Positions 15,310 through 22,900 of a stretch of 24,000 bases of DNA are shown here, piece by piece. The notes below the pieces were generated by a model. That model searched no databases. It had not been told where the DNA came from and saw only the letters and a program-made list of their open reading frames with translations. A program made the translations under genes and the position numbers. Position 1 is the stretch's first letter, and each line of letters starts with the position of its first letter. Source of the stretch: Anaerolineales bacterium (GTDB taxonomy: Bacteria > Chloroflexota > Anaerolineae > Anaerolineales > UBA4823); assembly GCA_016935755.1 (NCBI GenBank), contig JAFGQI010000076.1:22584-46583 (forward strand), in the 5' to 3' direction.

Positions 15310-15315
15310 ATTATA
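15310..15315 (-). promoter_or_regulatory. Perfect TATAAT -10 hexamer placed for a leaderless udk transcript
   Basis: The minus strand reads CAGTATAATTCGATTATG. The hexamer ends 6 nt before the A of the ATG, with no SD. The -35 element is poor. Confidence 0.4.
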
Positions 15316-15364
15316 CTGGAAGATAGGTACATCTTGAGGTTGAAATCGAGTGCAAATGAGAAGG

Positions 15365-15396
15365 AAAACGGTTTGCCTCCCCCCAAGATGAAACCG
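15365..15396 (-). terminator. Weak candidate terminator after tRNA-Thr
   Basis: The minus strand has CGGTTT and AAACCG (6-bp stem, 16-nt loop) followed by TTTTCCTTCTC. Confidence 0.25.
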
Positions 15397-15399
15397 AAG

Positions 15400-15472
15400 A
15401 GCCACCGAGGAGAATCGAACTCCTGACCTGGCGTTTACGAAACGTCTGCTCTGCCGGCTGAGCTACGGTGGC
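15400..15472 (-). tRNA. tRNA-Thr (anticodon CGU)
   Basis: The 73-nt minus-strand sequence GCCACCG-TA-GCTC-AGCCGGCA-GAGC-A-GACGT-TTCGTAA-ACGCC-AGGTC-AGGAG-TTCGATT-CTCCT-CGGTGGC-T folds as a cloverleaf. It has a 7-bp acceptor stem, perfect D and T stems, a TTCGATT T-loop and one A-C mismatch in the anticodon stem. CCA is not encoded. Confidence 0.87.
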
Positions 15473-15520
15473 ATAAAGGAAAAAATCTTTGGATATGTGC
15501 CAGAATAAGCACAGGGCGAC

Positions 15521-15549
15521 ATTATACAAGGGAAACCCTGGAAAGGCAA
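15521..15549 (-). promoter_or_regulatory. Sigma-70-type promoter for tRNA-Thr
   Basis: The minus strand reads TTGCCT (15549-15544), a 17-nt spacer, then TATAAT (15526-15521). The predicted start is about 40 nt upstream of the mature tRNA 5' end. Confidence 0.5.
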
Positions 15550-15579
15550 GGCCAAATCCATTGATCAGTGGAGGCTAGA

Positions 15580-16803
15580 ATGCGTGTGGCGATGTTATCG
15601 TATCATACCTGTCCGATAGCTGCCCTGGGGGGCAAGGATACGGGAGGAATGAATGTGTATGTGCGCGAACTGACCCGCCATCTGGGACAGCTAAACGTTC
15701 AGGTGGATGTTTTTACGCGCTCCCAGGACGAGCACGTGCCCCACGTTTTGCATGATTTGGGCTATGGCAACCGGGTGGTGCATGTGCCTGCTGGCCCAGA
15801 GGTGCCCCTGCCCAAGGAAACCCTGGCTGGTTACCTGCCAGATTTTGTCCGAGGGATCGAAGAGTTTGCTGTCAGCAAAGGACTGCACTATGACTTGATT
15901 CACAGCCATTACTGGATGTCGGGGATCGCGGCGGGAGAGTTGAAAAAGAAATGGCAGGCGCCAGTCGTGCACATGTTCCATACGCTTGGGATCATGAAGC
16001 AGCGTGTTGCTCGGGATGCTGCTGAGGTCGAGGGGGAGTATCGGTTATTGGGCGAGCGGCGTGTGCTTGAATTGGCGGATCGCGTCGTCGCGGCGACTCC
16101 AGCGGAGCTGGCTCAACTGCAGTGGTTATACCAGGCGAACACCAGCAAGGTGGTGATCATCCCGCCTGGGGTGGATATCAGCCATTTCTACCCCATCCCG
16201 GCAGATGAAGCAAAGGAGTATATCGGCGTAGCGCCTTGTGAGAGGGTCTTGCTGTATGTCGGTCGCATCGAACCGTTGAAAGGCATTGATACCTTGATCC
16301 AGGCGATTGCCATCATGCGAGAGCAGGGAGTAGTCGTATGCCTGTCGTTGATCGGGGGTGGGGCAGATAGCGGCGGGCCGGAGAACAAGGAGCAAATCCG
16401 CCTGCAGGAAATGCGCCATCAGGCTGGCCTTACAGGGATGGTAGCCTTTCTGGGCAAGCGTGGGCAGGATACTTTACCTTATTATTATTCAGCCGCGGAA
16501 GCAGTTGTTGTGCCTTCTCACTATGAATCATTTGGCATGGTCGCTTTGGAGGCCATGGCTTGCGGCGCACCTGTAGTCGCCTCGCAGGTGGGTGGGCTGG
16601 CGTTTTTGGTGAAGGATGGTGTGACTGGTTTCACCGTGCCAGTGGATGATCCTCAAGCGTTGGCAGATACGCTCATCCGCCTTTTCCAGGATCCGGAGCT
16701 GCGCAGCCGGTTGGGCCGCCAGGCTGCTCTGGCAGCCAGGGAGTATGCCTGGGAGAACATTGCCGCCCGGATGAGAGACTTGTATAACGAAGTTGCCCGC
16801 TAA
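15580..16803 (+). CDS. GT4-family glycosyltransferase, MshA-like (D-inositol-3-phosphate glycosyltransferase-like)
   Basis: The N-terminus VAMLSYHTCPIAALGGKDTGGMNVYVRELTRHLG resembles the MshA signature. The C-terminal GT-B block is VVPSHYESFGMVALEAMACGAPVVAS. I prefer ATG 15580 (GGAGG SD 5 nt upstream) over the track's GTG 15568. Confidence 0.85.
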   Translation: MRVAMLSYHTCPIAALGGKDTGGMNVYVRELTRHLGQLNVQVDVFTRSQDEHVPHVLHDLGYGNRVVHVPAGPEVPLPKETLAGYLPDFVRGIEEFAVSKGLHYDLIHSHYWMSGIAAGELKKKWQAPVVHMFHTLGIMKQRVARDAAEVEGEYRLLGERRVLELADRVVAATPAELAQLQWLYQANTSKVVIIPPGVDISHFYPIPADEAKEYIGVAPCERVLLYVGRIEPLKGIDTLIQAIAIMREQGVVVCLSLIGGGADSGGPENKEQIRLQEMRHQAGLTGMVAFLGKRGQDTLPYYYSAAEAVVVPSHYESFGMVALEAMACGAPVVASQVGGLAFLVKDGVTGFTVPVDDPQALADTLIRLFQDPELRSRLGRQAALAAREYAWENIAARMRDLYNEVAR

Positions 16804-17936
16804 TCGTGCGGCTGCCAGCCATCGGTTGGCAGTCCAGCTGGGCGCAGCCAGCTCAAAAACCCCCCGGTTGAAGTTTTGGAGGGCGGTTTTTTTTCTAATC
16901 CCACCAGCCCCAGGCTGACGACTAATAAGATTGCCCCACCCCACTGCGCCGCAGTGAACCGCTCTCCAAGCCACAGGTAAGCAAAGAACACGGTCACCAG
17001 CAGTTCGCTCAGGCCGAGCAGGGCTGTTTGCATCCCGCCCAGGTGCTTCACGCCTGTGAACAGGGTGAGGCGGGAAAGAAAGGTGACCATTGTCAGGCCA
17101 AGCACAGGCCAGATAGGCAGTTGGGTAGAGGTAGAACCGGCTGTGAGTGTGCCAGGCGTAACCATCTGGCCCAGATTAAATGAACCCGAAAAGATATAGG
17201 TCGGCACGACCACCATACTCATGGCAAACAGCGTATAAAGGGTCACTGTGGGGGGCGGCATGTCCAACAGCACGCGCTGGTTGATCGGCAGGTGGAGCGC
17301 ATAGAGCGCGGCGGAGATAAGCATTTCCACAATGCCGATGATATAGGCAGTCTGATCGGGGCCGGCTGAGTTCTGTTCGGCGCTGATGCGGCCCATGGCA
17401 AGCAGCACGATTGCTGGCAGCGCCAGGCTTAAACGAATCATCGTCAGGCGGGTGGTGGGTTGGTGATCCAGAGCCAACCAGAGCAGCAAGAACAGTGGAT
17501 AGAGCGAATACAGCAGCTGTCCAACTCCCGCGCCTATGTTGCTCAGAGCAGAGTAATAGAATAAGGATCCCAAACCATTGATCCAACCGGCCAGCAGACA
17601 GCCGAGCAAACCAGCGGGATAGATGTACAGGAAAGGGCGATAAAAGAAAAACATCAACGCGAGCAAGAGCAGACTTGCCAGTGCAGTGCGCCAGGCGACC
17701 ACCGCCAGAGGGCTGAGCCCAAGCAGGATGGCCTGGCGACCGAATACAGGCGCTAACCCCAGGAAGAATGCCGAAGCCAGAGCCGCTAAGATGCCCGTTC
17801 GCCTCGCCTTGTCTATTGGCTTCCGTTCTGAGACGGTTTTGCTGTGGCGAGGAGCTTCTTTTGCTCCGGGGGGCGATTCTGTCATGGCAGGCGGATCGCC
17901 CTCGAGGGGTGGATGCTGCTCTGGGAGCGCTGACAT
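16800..17936 (-). CDS. EamA/DMT-superfamily transporter with hydrophilic N- and C-terminal extensions
   Basis: 378 aa, about 10 TM helices in two EamA-like halves (GILAALASAFFLGLAPVFGRQAI...; ...LGERFTAAQWGGAILLVVSLGLV). The ATG is 2 nt after the upstream gene's TAA, with an AGGA SD. Its stop overlaps the convergent GT4 stop. Confidence 0.85.
   Translation of the reverse strand: MSALPEQHPPLEGDPPAMTESPPGAKEAPRHSKTVSERKPIDKARRTGILAALASAFFLGLAPVFGRQAILLGLSPLAVVAWRTALASLLLLALMFFFYRPFLYIYPAGLLGCLLAGWINGLGSLFYYSALSNIGAGVGQLLYSLYPLFLLLWLALDHQPTTRLTMIRLSLALPAIVLLAMGRISAEQNSAGPDQTAYIIGIVEMLISAALYALHLPINQRVLLDMPPPTVTLYTLFAMSMVVVPTYIFSGSFNLGQMVTPGTLTAGSTSTQLPIWPVLGLTMVTFLSRLTLFTGVKHLGGMQTALLGLSELLVTVFFAYLWLGERFTAAQWGGAILLVVSLGLVGLEKKPPSKTSTGGFLSWLRPAGLPTDGWQPHD
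16855..16894. terminator. Weak bidirectional-terminator-like element (A5-C6 ... GGAGGG-CGG-T8) inside the EamA 3' coding tail
   Basis: CCCCCC (16860-16865) can pair with GGAGGG (16878-16883) with one mismatch. An A5 run lies upstream and a T8 run downstream. The element sits 52 nt after the GT4 stop. Confidence 0.3.
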
Positions 17937-17938
17937 GG

Positions 17939-19858
17939 TTAATCCTGCATAGATGGATTGGCTTCCTGCTCACCGGCTCCGCCAGTTAGCTGGCGGACTT
18001 CTTCTAACAAATCATCGCTGAGGAACTGCCCCTTTTGCATCAGGGTATCAATCTGTCCGCTCAAGCGCTCCTTTTCACGCGAGGTTAGTTCCTTGGCGGT
18101 GACAACAATGACAGGTATCGATGCTGTGTGTGGGTTGGCTTTAAGAGCATCCAGAACGGTAAACCCATCCATTTCGGGCATCATCAGATCCAGCAGAATG
18201 ACATCGGGCAGCTGGTCTAAATACTGCTCACGCGTCATCTGTACACCTGGCCTGTGTTCTGACACCATCTCCAGCGCTTCGCTGCCGCTGGCGGCTTCCA
18301 GGATGGTGTAGTTGCCCTGGGATTGCAGGATGCGCCGGATGAGGCGGCGTGCATGTTCGGTGTCATCCACGATCAGTACGCGGGGGGTGTGTTCCTGTCC
18401 GGGCAGCCCTGGGGTGACCCGGCTGAGCGCGGCCAGCAGTCCTTCCTGGTCTGGGCCAGCGGAGACGGCTGGGCGTTCTTCCGGTAAGGTTTCTGTTGGT
18501 CGTCCCGCCGCCGGTACAGGCGGCGCTTTTCTGCGTTCCTCCAGCTCGGAGGGAAGCACCACATTGCGCGCCCACCCCTCGCCCAGGATGCTCGTCTCGA
18601 TCGGCATCGTATGACCGGTGCAGTTCACCGCAATGACCTCGCTTGGTTTGATCACCCCGGCGCGGATCAATTTGATCAAACCGGCGAAAGCTACTGCTGC
18701 AGCCGGCTCGATCGAAATACCCTCCAGCTTGGCTACCAGGTGCATCGCCCGGAAGGCTTCTTCGTCTGTTACGCTTTCAAAAACGCCGCGCCTTGCCCCT
18801 TCCCTTTCTTCCCACGGGATAAGCTCTTCCAGTTGGGATTCATTATCCGCTGTTTGGGGAGCTGATACAACCCCACCGTTCAAGATGCGCTGGCGCAGCA
18901 GGGTATAAGTCCGTCCGGGATCGCCTGTTGCCAGTGTGGCAATGTGTGTGTTGGGTGAAGTAACAGGCTCGGCCACAGCTTTGTTTTCTCGCCAGGCGCG
19001 TACCATGGGCGAGCAGCCCTCCACCTGGATGATCGCCATGGCGGGTGTCTGCTTGCCTATCAGGCCTAACTGCTGCAGTTCGTAGAAACCCTTCTGGACT
19101 CCGAGCGGGCCCATTCCGCCACTGACCGATTGAATATACCAATCGGGGGAAACCCAGTTCAGCTGCTCGCAGATTTCGAAGGCGATGGTCTTCATCGCCT
19201 CAACAGAGGGGATAGAACGAGCGCCGCGTTCCAGATACAGGTTGCGCTGGCGGGCATATTCAGCAGCCAGTTTTTTCGTCTGATCATACGTGGCGGTGAC
19301 TTTGACTACCTGAGTTCCATAGATGGCTACTTCGCGCATTTTTTCGGCCGGCACCAGGCTGGTCAGAAACGCCCACAGCTTGATGCCTGCCCGGGCGGCA
19401 TAGGCGGCATAAGCAATGGCGACATTGCCCGTGGAGGCCAGCACGATCTCGGTGACGCCAGCCTCTTTCAAGGCCGCGATGTTCACGGCTGCCTGGCGGT
19501 CTTTGAACGAGCAGGTTGGTCCCTGGCGTTCATCTTTGATATACAGGTTGGGGCATCCCAACATCATGCCCAGGTTAGTCGCCCGGATGAGAGGGGTTGC
19601 CCCTTCGCCCATGTAAAGGGAAGGGTTGTTATCGTAGACCGGGAGCAGTTCGCCATAACGCCAAAGGTTCATGGGCCGCGCCGTGACCCGCTGGCGGAAA
19701 ATATCTCCTGTCAGGGCTGGTTGGAAGGTATAGCGCGCTTGCAGCCACTGGCCCTGGCAGGCTGGACAGGCGGTCAGCGTAGCTGAATAAACTGCCTGAT
19801 GCCCGCAGTCCAGGCATTCTACCCATATATTGCGGATTAGATCTTTTGCTTCAGGCAC
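17939..19858 (-). CDS. Threonine-synthase-like fold-type-II PLP enzyme with an N-terminal Cys4 ribbon and a C-terminal response-regulator receiver domain
   Basis: 639 aa. Ribbon is CLDCGH-X11-CPAC (aa 15-34). PLP lysine motif is PTCSFKDRQA (K119), with ASTGNVA, SVSGGMGPLG and NCTGHT. A Pro/Glu-rich linker spans about aa 440-490. The receiver spans aa 493-620. GTG start with an AGGAG SD 6 nt upstream. Confidence 0.85.
   Translation of the reverse strand: MPEAKDLIRNIWVECLDCGHQAVYSATLTACPACQGQWLQARYTFQPALTGDIFRQRVTARPMNLWRYGELLPVYDNNPSLYMGEGATPLIRATNLGMMLGCPNLYIKDERQGPTCSFKDRQAAVNIAALKEAGVTEIVLASTGNVAIAYAAYAARAGIKLWAFLTSLVPAEKMREVAIYGTQVVKVTATYDQTKKLAAEYARQRNLYLERGARSIPSVEAMKTIAFEICEQLNWVSPDWYIQSVSGGMGPLGVQKGFYELQQLGLIGKQTPAMAIIQVEGCSPMVRAWRENKAVAEPVTSPNTHIATLATGDPGRTYTLLRQRILNGGVVSAPQTADNESQLEELIPWEEREGARRGVFESVTDEEAFRAMHLVAKLEGISIEPAAAVAFAGLIKLIRAGVIKPSEVIAVNCTGHTMPIETSILGEGWARNVVLPSELEERRKAPPVPAAGRPTETLPEERPAVSAGPDQEGLLAALSRVTPGLPGQEHTPRVLIVDDTEHARRLIRRILQSQGNYTILEAASGSEALEMVSEHRPGVQMTREQYLDQLPDVILLDLMMPEMDGFTVLDALKANPHTASIPVIVVTAKELTSREKERLSGQIDTLMQKGQFLSDDLLEEVRQLTGGAGEQEANPSMQD
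17942..18382 (-). other. Receiver (REC) domain portion of the PLP-enzyme fusion
   Basis: RVLIVDDTEHARRL..., DVILLDLMMPEMDGFTV (phospho-acceptor Asp context), IPVIVVTAKE and DTLMQKGQF. It lies in the same frame as the PLP domain with no intervening stop. Confidence 0.8.
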
Positions 19859-19905
19859 AGATTCTCCTAGGTGGCATTTTATGCTATAGAATGGACGGCA
19901 GGATT

Positions 19906-19940
19906 TGCCTGGGGCATAAATGGCTTTTATACCCCAGGCA
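19906..19940 (-). promoter_or_regulatory. 15-bp stem-loop / palindrome between the hybrid kinase gene and the PLP-REC gene
   Basis: TGCCTGGGGCATAAA (19906-19920) pairs with TTTATACCCCAGGCA (19926-19940). The single C-A mismatch on the plus strand becomes a G-U pair on the minus-strand RNA. The loop is 5 nt. No U-tract follows on either strand. Confidence 0.5.
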
Positions 19941-19996
19941 TGGGTGGTCTATTGGAAGTCTGGTGCAGAACTGGTGGTTTTCACCTGATTGTCCGT

Positions 19997-22900
19997 TTAT
20001 GAGGCCGGTGGACGATGTGCACAGGCCATTACTGCCTGCACAAATTCTTCTTGCAGAATAGGCTTCATCAAGTAAGTTGTCGCTCCCGTGCTCAGAGCTT
20101 TATCTTTTTGATCCATAACTGAGGTGGCAATCACAGGTATCTGATGTGTTTGGGGATCGGAGCGGATGGTTTCAAGCACCTGCCAGCTATTGGGCATAGA
20201 AACATCCAGGGTGATGGCATAAGGCTGCAAGCCCTTGGCAATTTCGATCGCTTTTGGAACAGATTCGCTGGACAGGTCAGTGATGCCAACCACTGAGAAT
20301 TGAGGACTGTCTGGGCCGCGGTCAGAAGAGGAGAGATACCTGCGGTAAAGATCAATCACTTGTGAATCGATATCAATCGAAAGGATGGTAAGAACCCCGG
20401 CTTTCACAGAGGGAGCCGCTGTGGTCTGGTCCTCAACTGGCGCGCGCTTCTTATCTTTCTTGGCAGGCGGCTCCAGAACACTGGCAGGGGCTGTTTCTGG
20501 CAGGTTTTCAATTCCTGCTAGTTGGGTTGCACCTTCTGGGATGGGCAATGTGAAGTAGAAGGTGCTGCCCTGACCAACCTGGCTGTCTACTCCAATCTGT
20601 CCGCCATGCAGATGGATGAGATGAGAGGAGATTGAGAGGCCCAAACCAGATCCCCCGGTCTTGCGAGTGAGTGAACCATCTACCTGGGAGAAGGGTTGGA
20701 ACAGCTTGGATTGGTCTTCTAAGGTGATGCCTGGGCCAGTGTCGATCACTCGCACTACGATCGCCTGCAAGGAGGAAGGTGGGCCTTTCTTGGCTCTTCC
20801 GCTTAGCAGCTCGGGGTACATCTCCGCATCTACTGGTTCAATACTGGCTTTGACAGTGATCGTGCCTCGTTCGGTGAACTTGGCTGCATTTGAGAATAGA
20901 TTGATCAGCACCTGGCGGATCTTCATCGTATCGATCCGCACAAATGGCAGTTGAATGTCAACCTCGTTTTGCAGCGTGATCGGTTTATCTTTCACCAGGC
21001 CGATCATGGTTGACATCACACTCTTGATCAAGTCGCCCAGGCTCACGTTCTCCTCAAAGGCCAGCTCCATCTTACCAGCCTCAATCTTGGACAGGTCGAG
21101 AACATCATTGATCAGACCCAGCAGGTGTTGGCCGGAGTTGTAGATGGCTGATAGGTCTTGCTGCTGCAGGTCGGTTGTTGGGCCGTCGATGCCCTTCAGG
21201 ATCACGCGCGAGAAACCGATAATCGAGTTCAAGGGCGTGCGCAGCTCGTGGCTCATATTCGCCAGGAACTGGCTCTTCAGTCGGTCTGCCTCACGGATTT
21301 CTTCCACAGCGTGCTGGGCGATTTCATAAGCACGCGCGTTTTCTACCGCAACTGCAATCTGGTCAGCCAGAGTTTGCAGCACGGCGATATCATCGGGCGT
21401 GAAAGCATCCACCTGGGAGGCCTGTACATCCAACGCCCCAATCACCTCCAATTGAGTTGCTCCACCTCGTCCGATCTTGAGCGGGATGCCCAACTCTGCT
21501 TTCGTCAACGGCAGGAGTGGGTTGGGGCGGTGCACCAGGCGGGCCTGCTCCTGGCTGATATCGTTCAGCACCAACGACTGGCCATTCAGCGTCACCTGAC
21601 CGATCACGGAGCGGCTGCCCACTTCCAGGCTGTGGCCGCTGTTAATCATTTCTTCTCCCGCCTGTCCGGTGGAGGCGCGTACGATTGCCCGGCGTCCACT
21701 TTCATCAACCAGAAAGATGGATGCATGGTAGTAGCCGAAACGCTCAATCAAAAGGTTGACCAGGCGTGCAAGCAGGTCGTCCAACGCCAGGGTGCCAGAG
21801 CTATCACGGGCAATCTCGGCAGCCGTCTGCAGCTGGCTGGCGCGTCGTTGGGACTCATCCAGCAGGCGCAGGTTTTGGATGGCTACGGCGGCTTGCCCGG
21901 CCAGCGACATCAGCCGGCGAGTCTCTTGTTCAGGGAAGGAGGTCATCTGGCGAAATGCGCCAATTACCTGCCCGATCCACTGCCCAGCCACATTCAACGG
22001 CGCCAGGATCAGGCTCTTAGCGCCGATTTGGTCGATATACACAGCCCGGGCAGCCTCGTCCAGCCGGGCGTCGGTGGTTGTGTCCAGGATGGTGCTGGCC
22101 CGGTCAGGCTGCATGAGCAGTTCGGCATTCGTCCATTGGGATAGAGGATAACGATTGGGGTGATGCCCGGCCTCAGCACCAGTCCAACTCGCTACCGGAA
22201 ACATCCATTCTGGGCGGTCGGAGCGAGTCCAGGGCTGGTCGAATAAGTTAATCGTCACACTGGTGGCATGCACCTGGCCGAGCACCGTATGCTGGCGTAA
22301 GACGTTCAAGATGTCATCGTAGCTGGCTGCGGAGTTCAACCTGGCGCTGGCCTGGTAGAGCGCTTCAGTTTCGGCCAGGTTGATCTGCACCTGGGTGAAC
22401 AGGTCTTCGCGGGCGATGGTGTTCGCCAGAGCTGATGCGGCGGTTTGCAGAGCAGCGATTTCTTCAGCGCTCCAACGGCGTTCATAGTCATACTGTTCCA
22501 GGCCGATGCAGCCTGGCGCTTCCTGGCGACCGGGGATGGCAAACTGCAGCACTGCACGTGGGGCCTGGGCCGTTGAGGCCGGTTCACCAAGTGTGCCTGC
22601 CCTGCCAGGGGTTCTGCGTCCCAGCTGAGTTTTTTGCCAAAGGTTATCTCTACCGGTATCTGCCAGTCCGGTGAGTTCTTCGGGGAGTTCTCCCGCCAGG
22701 GCGGAAATATACCCTTTGCTGCTGAGCTTTTCCAGCCAGGGGCCGATCAGGCTGATGGGCAAGCGGCGCAGAGTGGGGTTGCCCAACTGAGCCGGCACTT
22801 CAGGTGCGCACCATTCGGAAATCAGCCGCCAGTAGGGGCCGCGCGCGTCCACCTGAGTTTCGAAGTAGTAGGTCCGGCTGGCCTGGGATGCCTCGCCCAG

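Noticed and set aside
15304-15405. N-terminal extension of the uridine kinase ORF given in the track (start at 15405)
   Set aside because: The extension overlaps the 3' end of the tRNA-Thr gene and encodes a sequence (MALRFHLGGRQTVFLLICTRF...) unlike any Udk N-terminus. ATG 15303 sits just before the P-loop and has a TATAAT upstream.
15311-15529. 72-aa minus-strand ORF spanning the tRNA region
   Set aside because: It is the translation of a tRNA gene and its promoter region, not a plausible protein.
15568-15579. GTG 15568 as the start of the glycosyltransferase
   Set aside because: The GGAGG at 15570-15574 would then lie inside the coding sequence. It is ideally spaced for ATG 15580, which gives the MshA-like N-terminus MRVAMLSYHT.
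5168-16803. Functional link between the DinB-like protein (a family containing thiol S-transferases) and the MshA-like glycosyltransferase, as a low-molecular-weight-thiol pathway
   Set aside because: The genes are about 10 kb apart, in different transcription units, with unrelated genes between them. No other mycothiol or bacillithiol genes (mshB/C/D, bshB/C) are visible. The idea is too speculative.
17176-17973. 265-aa minus-strand ORF in an alternative frame of the EamA gene
   Set aside because: It is an Arg/Pro/Ser/Ala-rich off-frame product. The overlapping frame encodes a coherent 10-TM DMT protein with a coupled start.
19130-19786. 218-aa plus-strand ORF antisense to the PLP domain
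   Set aside because: No motifs, and it lies opposite well-supported coding sequence. This is typical of spurious long antisense ORFs in GC-rich DNA.
19875-19900. TAAAAT-containing stretch on the minus strand as the promoter of the PLP-REC gene
   Set aside because: The -10-like hexamer has no acceptable -35 or TG extension, and it would leave only about 10 nt before the SD. It is possible but not supportable from sequence alone, and the gene may instead be co-transcribed with the kinase.
21158-22144. 328-aa plus-strand ORF (and nested ORFs) antisense to the hybrid kinase gene
   Set aside because: Same reasoning: low-complexity Gln/Leu/Gly-rich translation, no start signals, and it lies opposite GAF/HisKA coding sequence.
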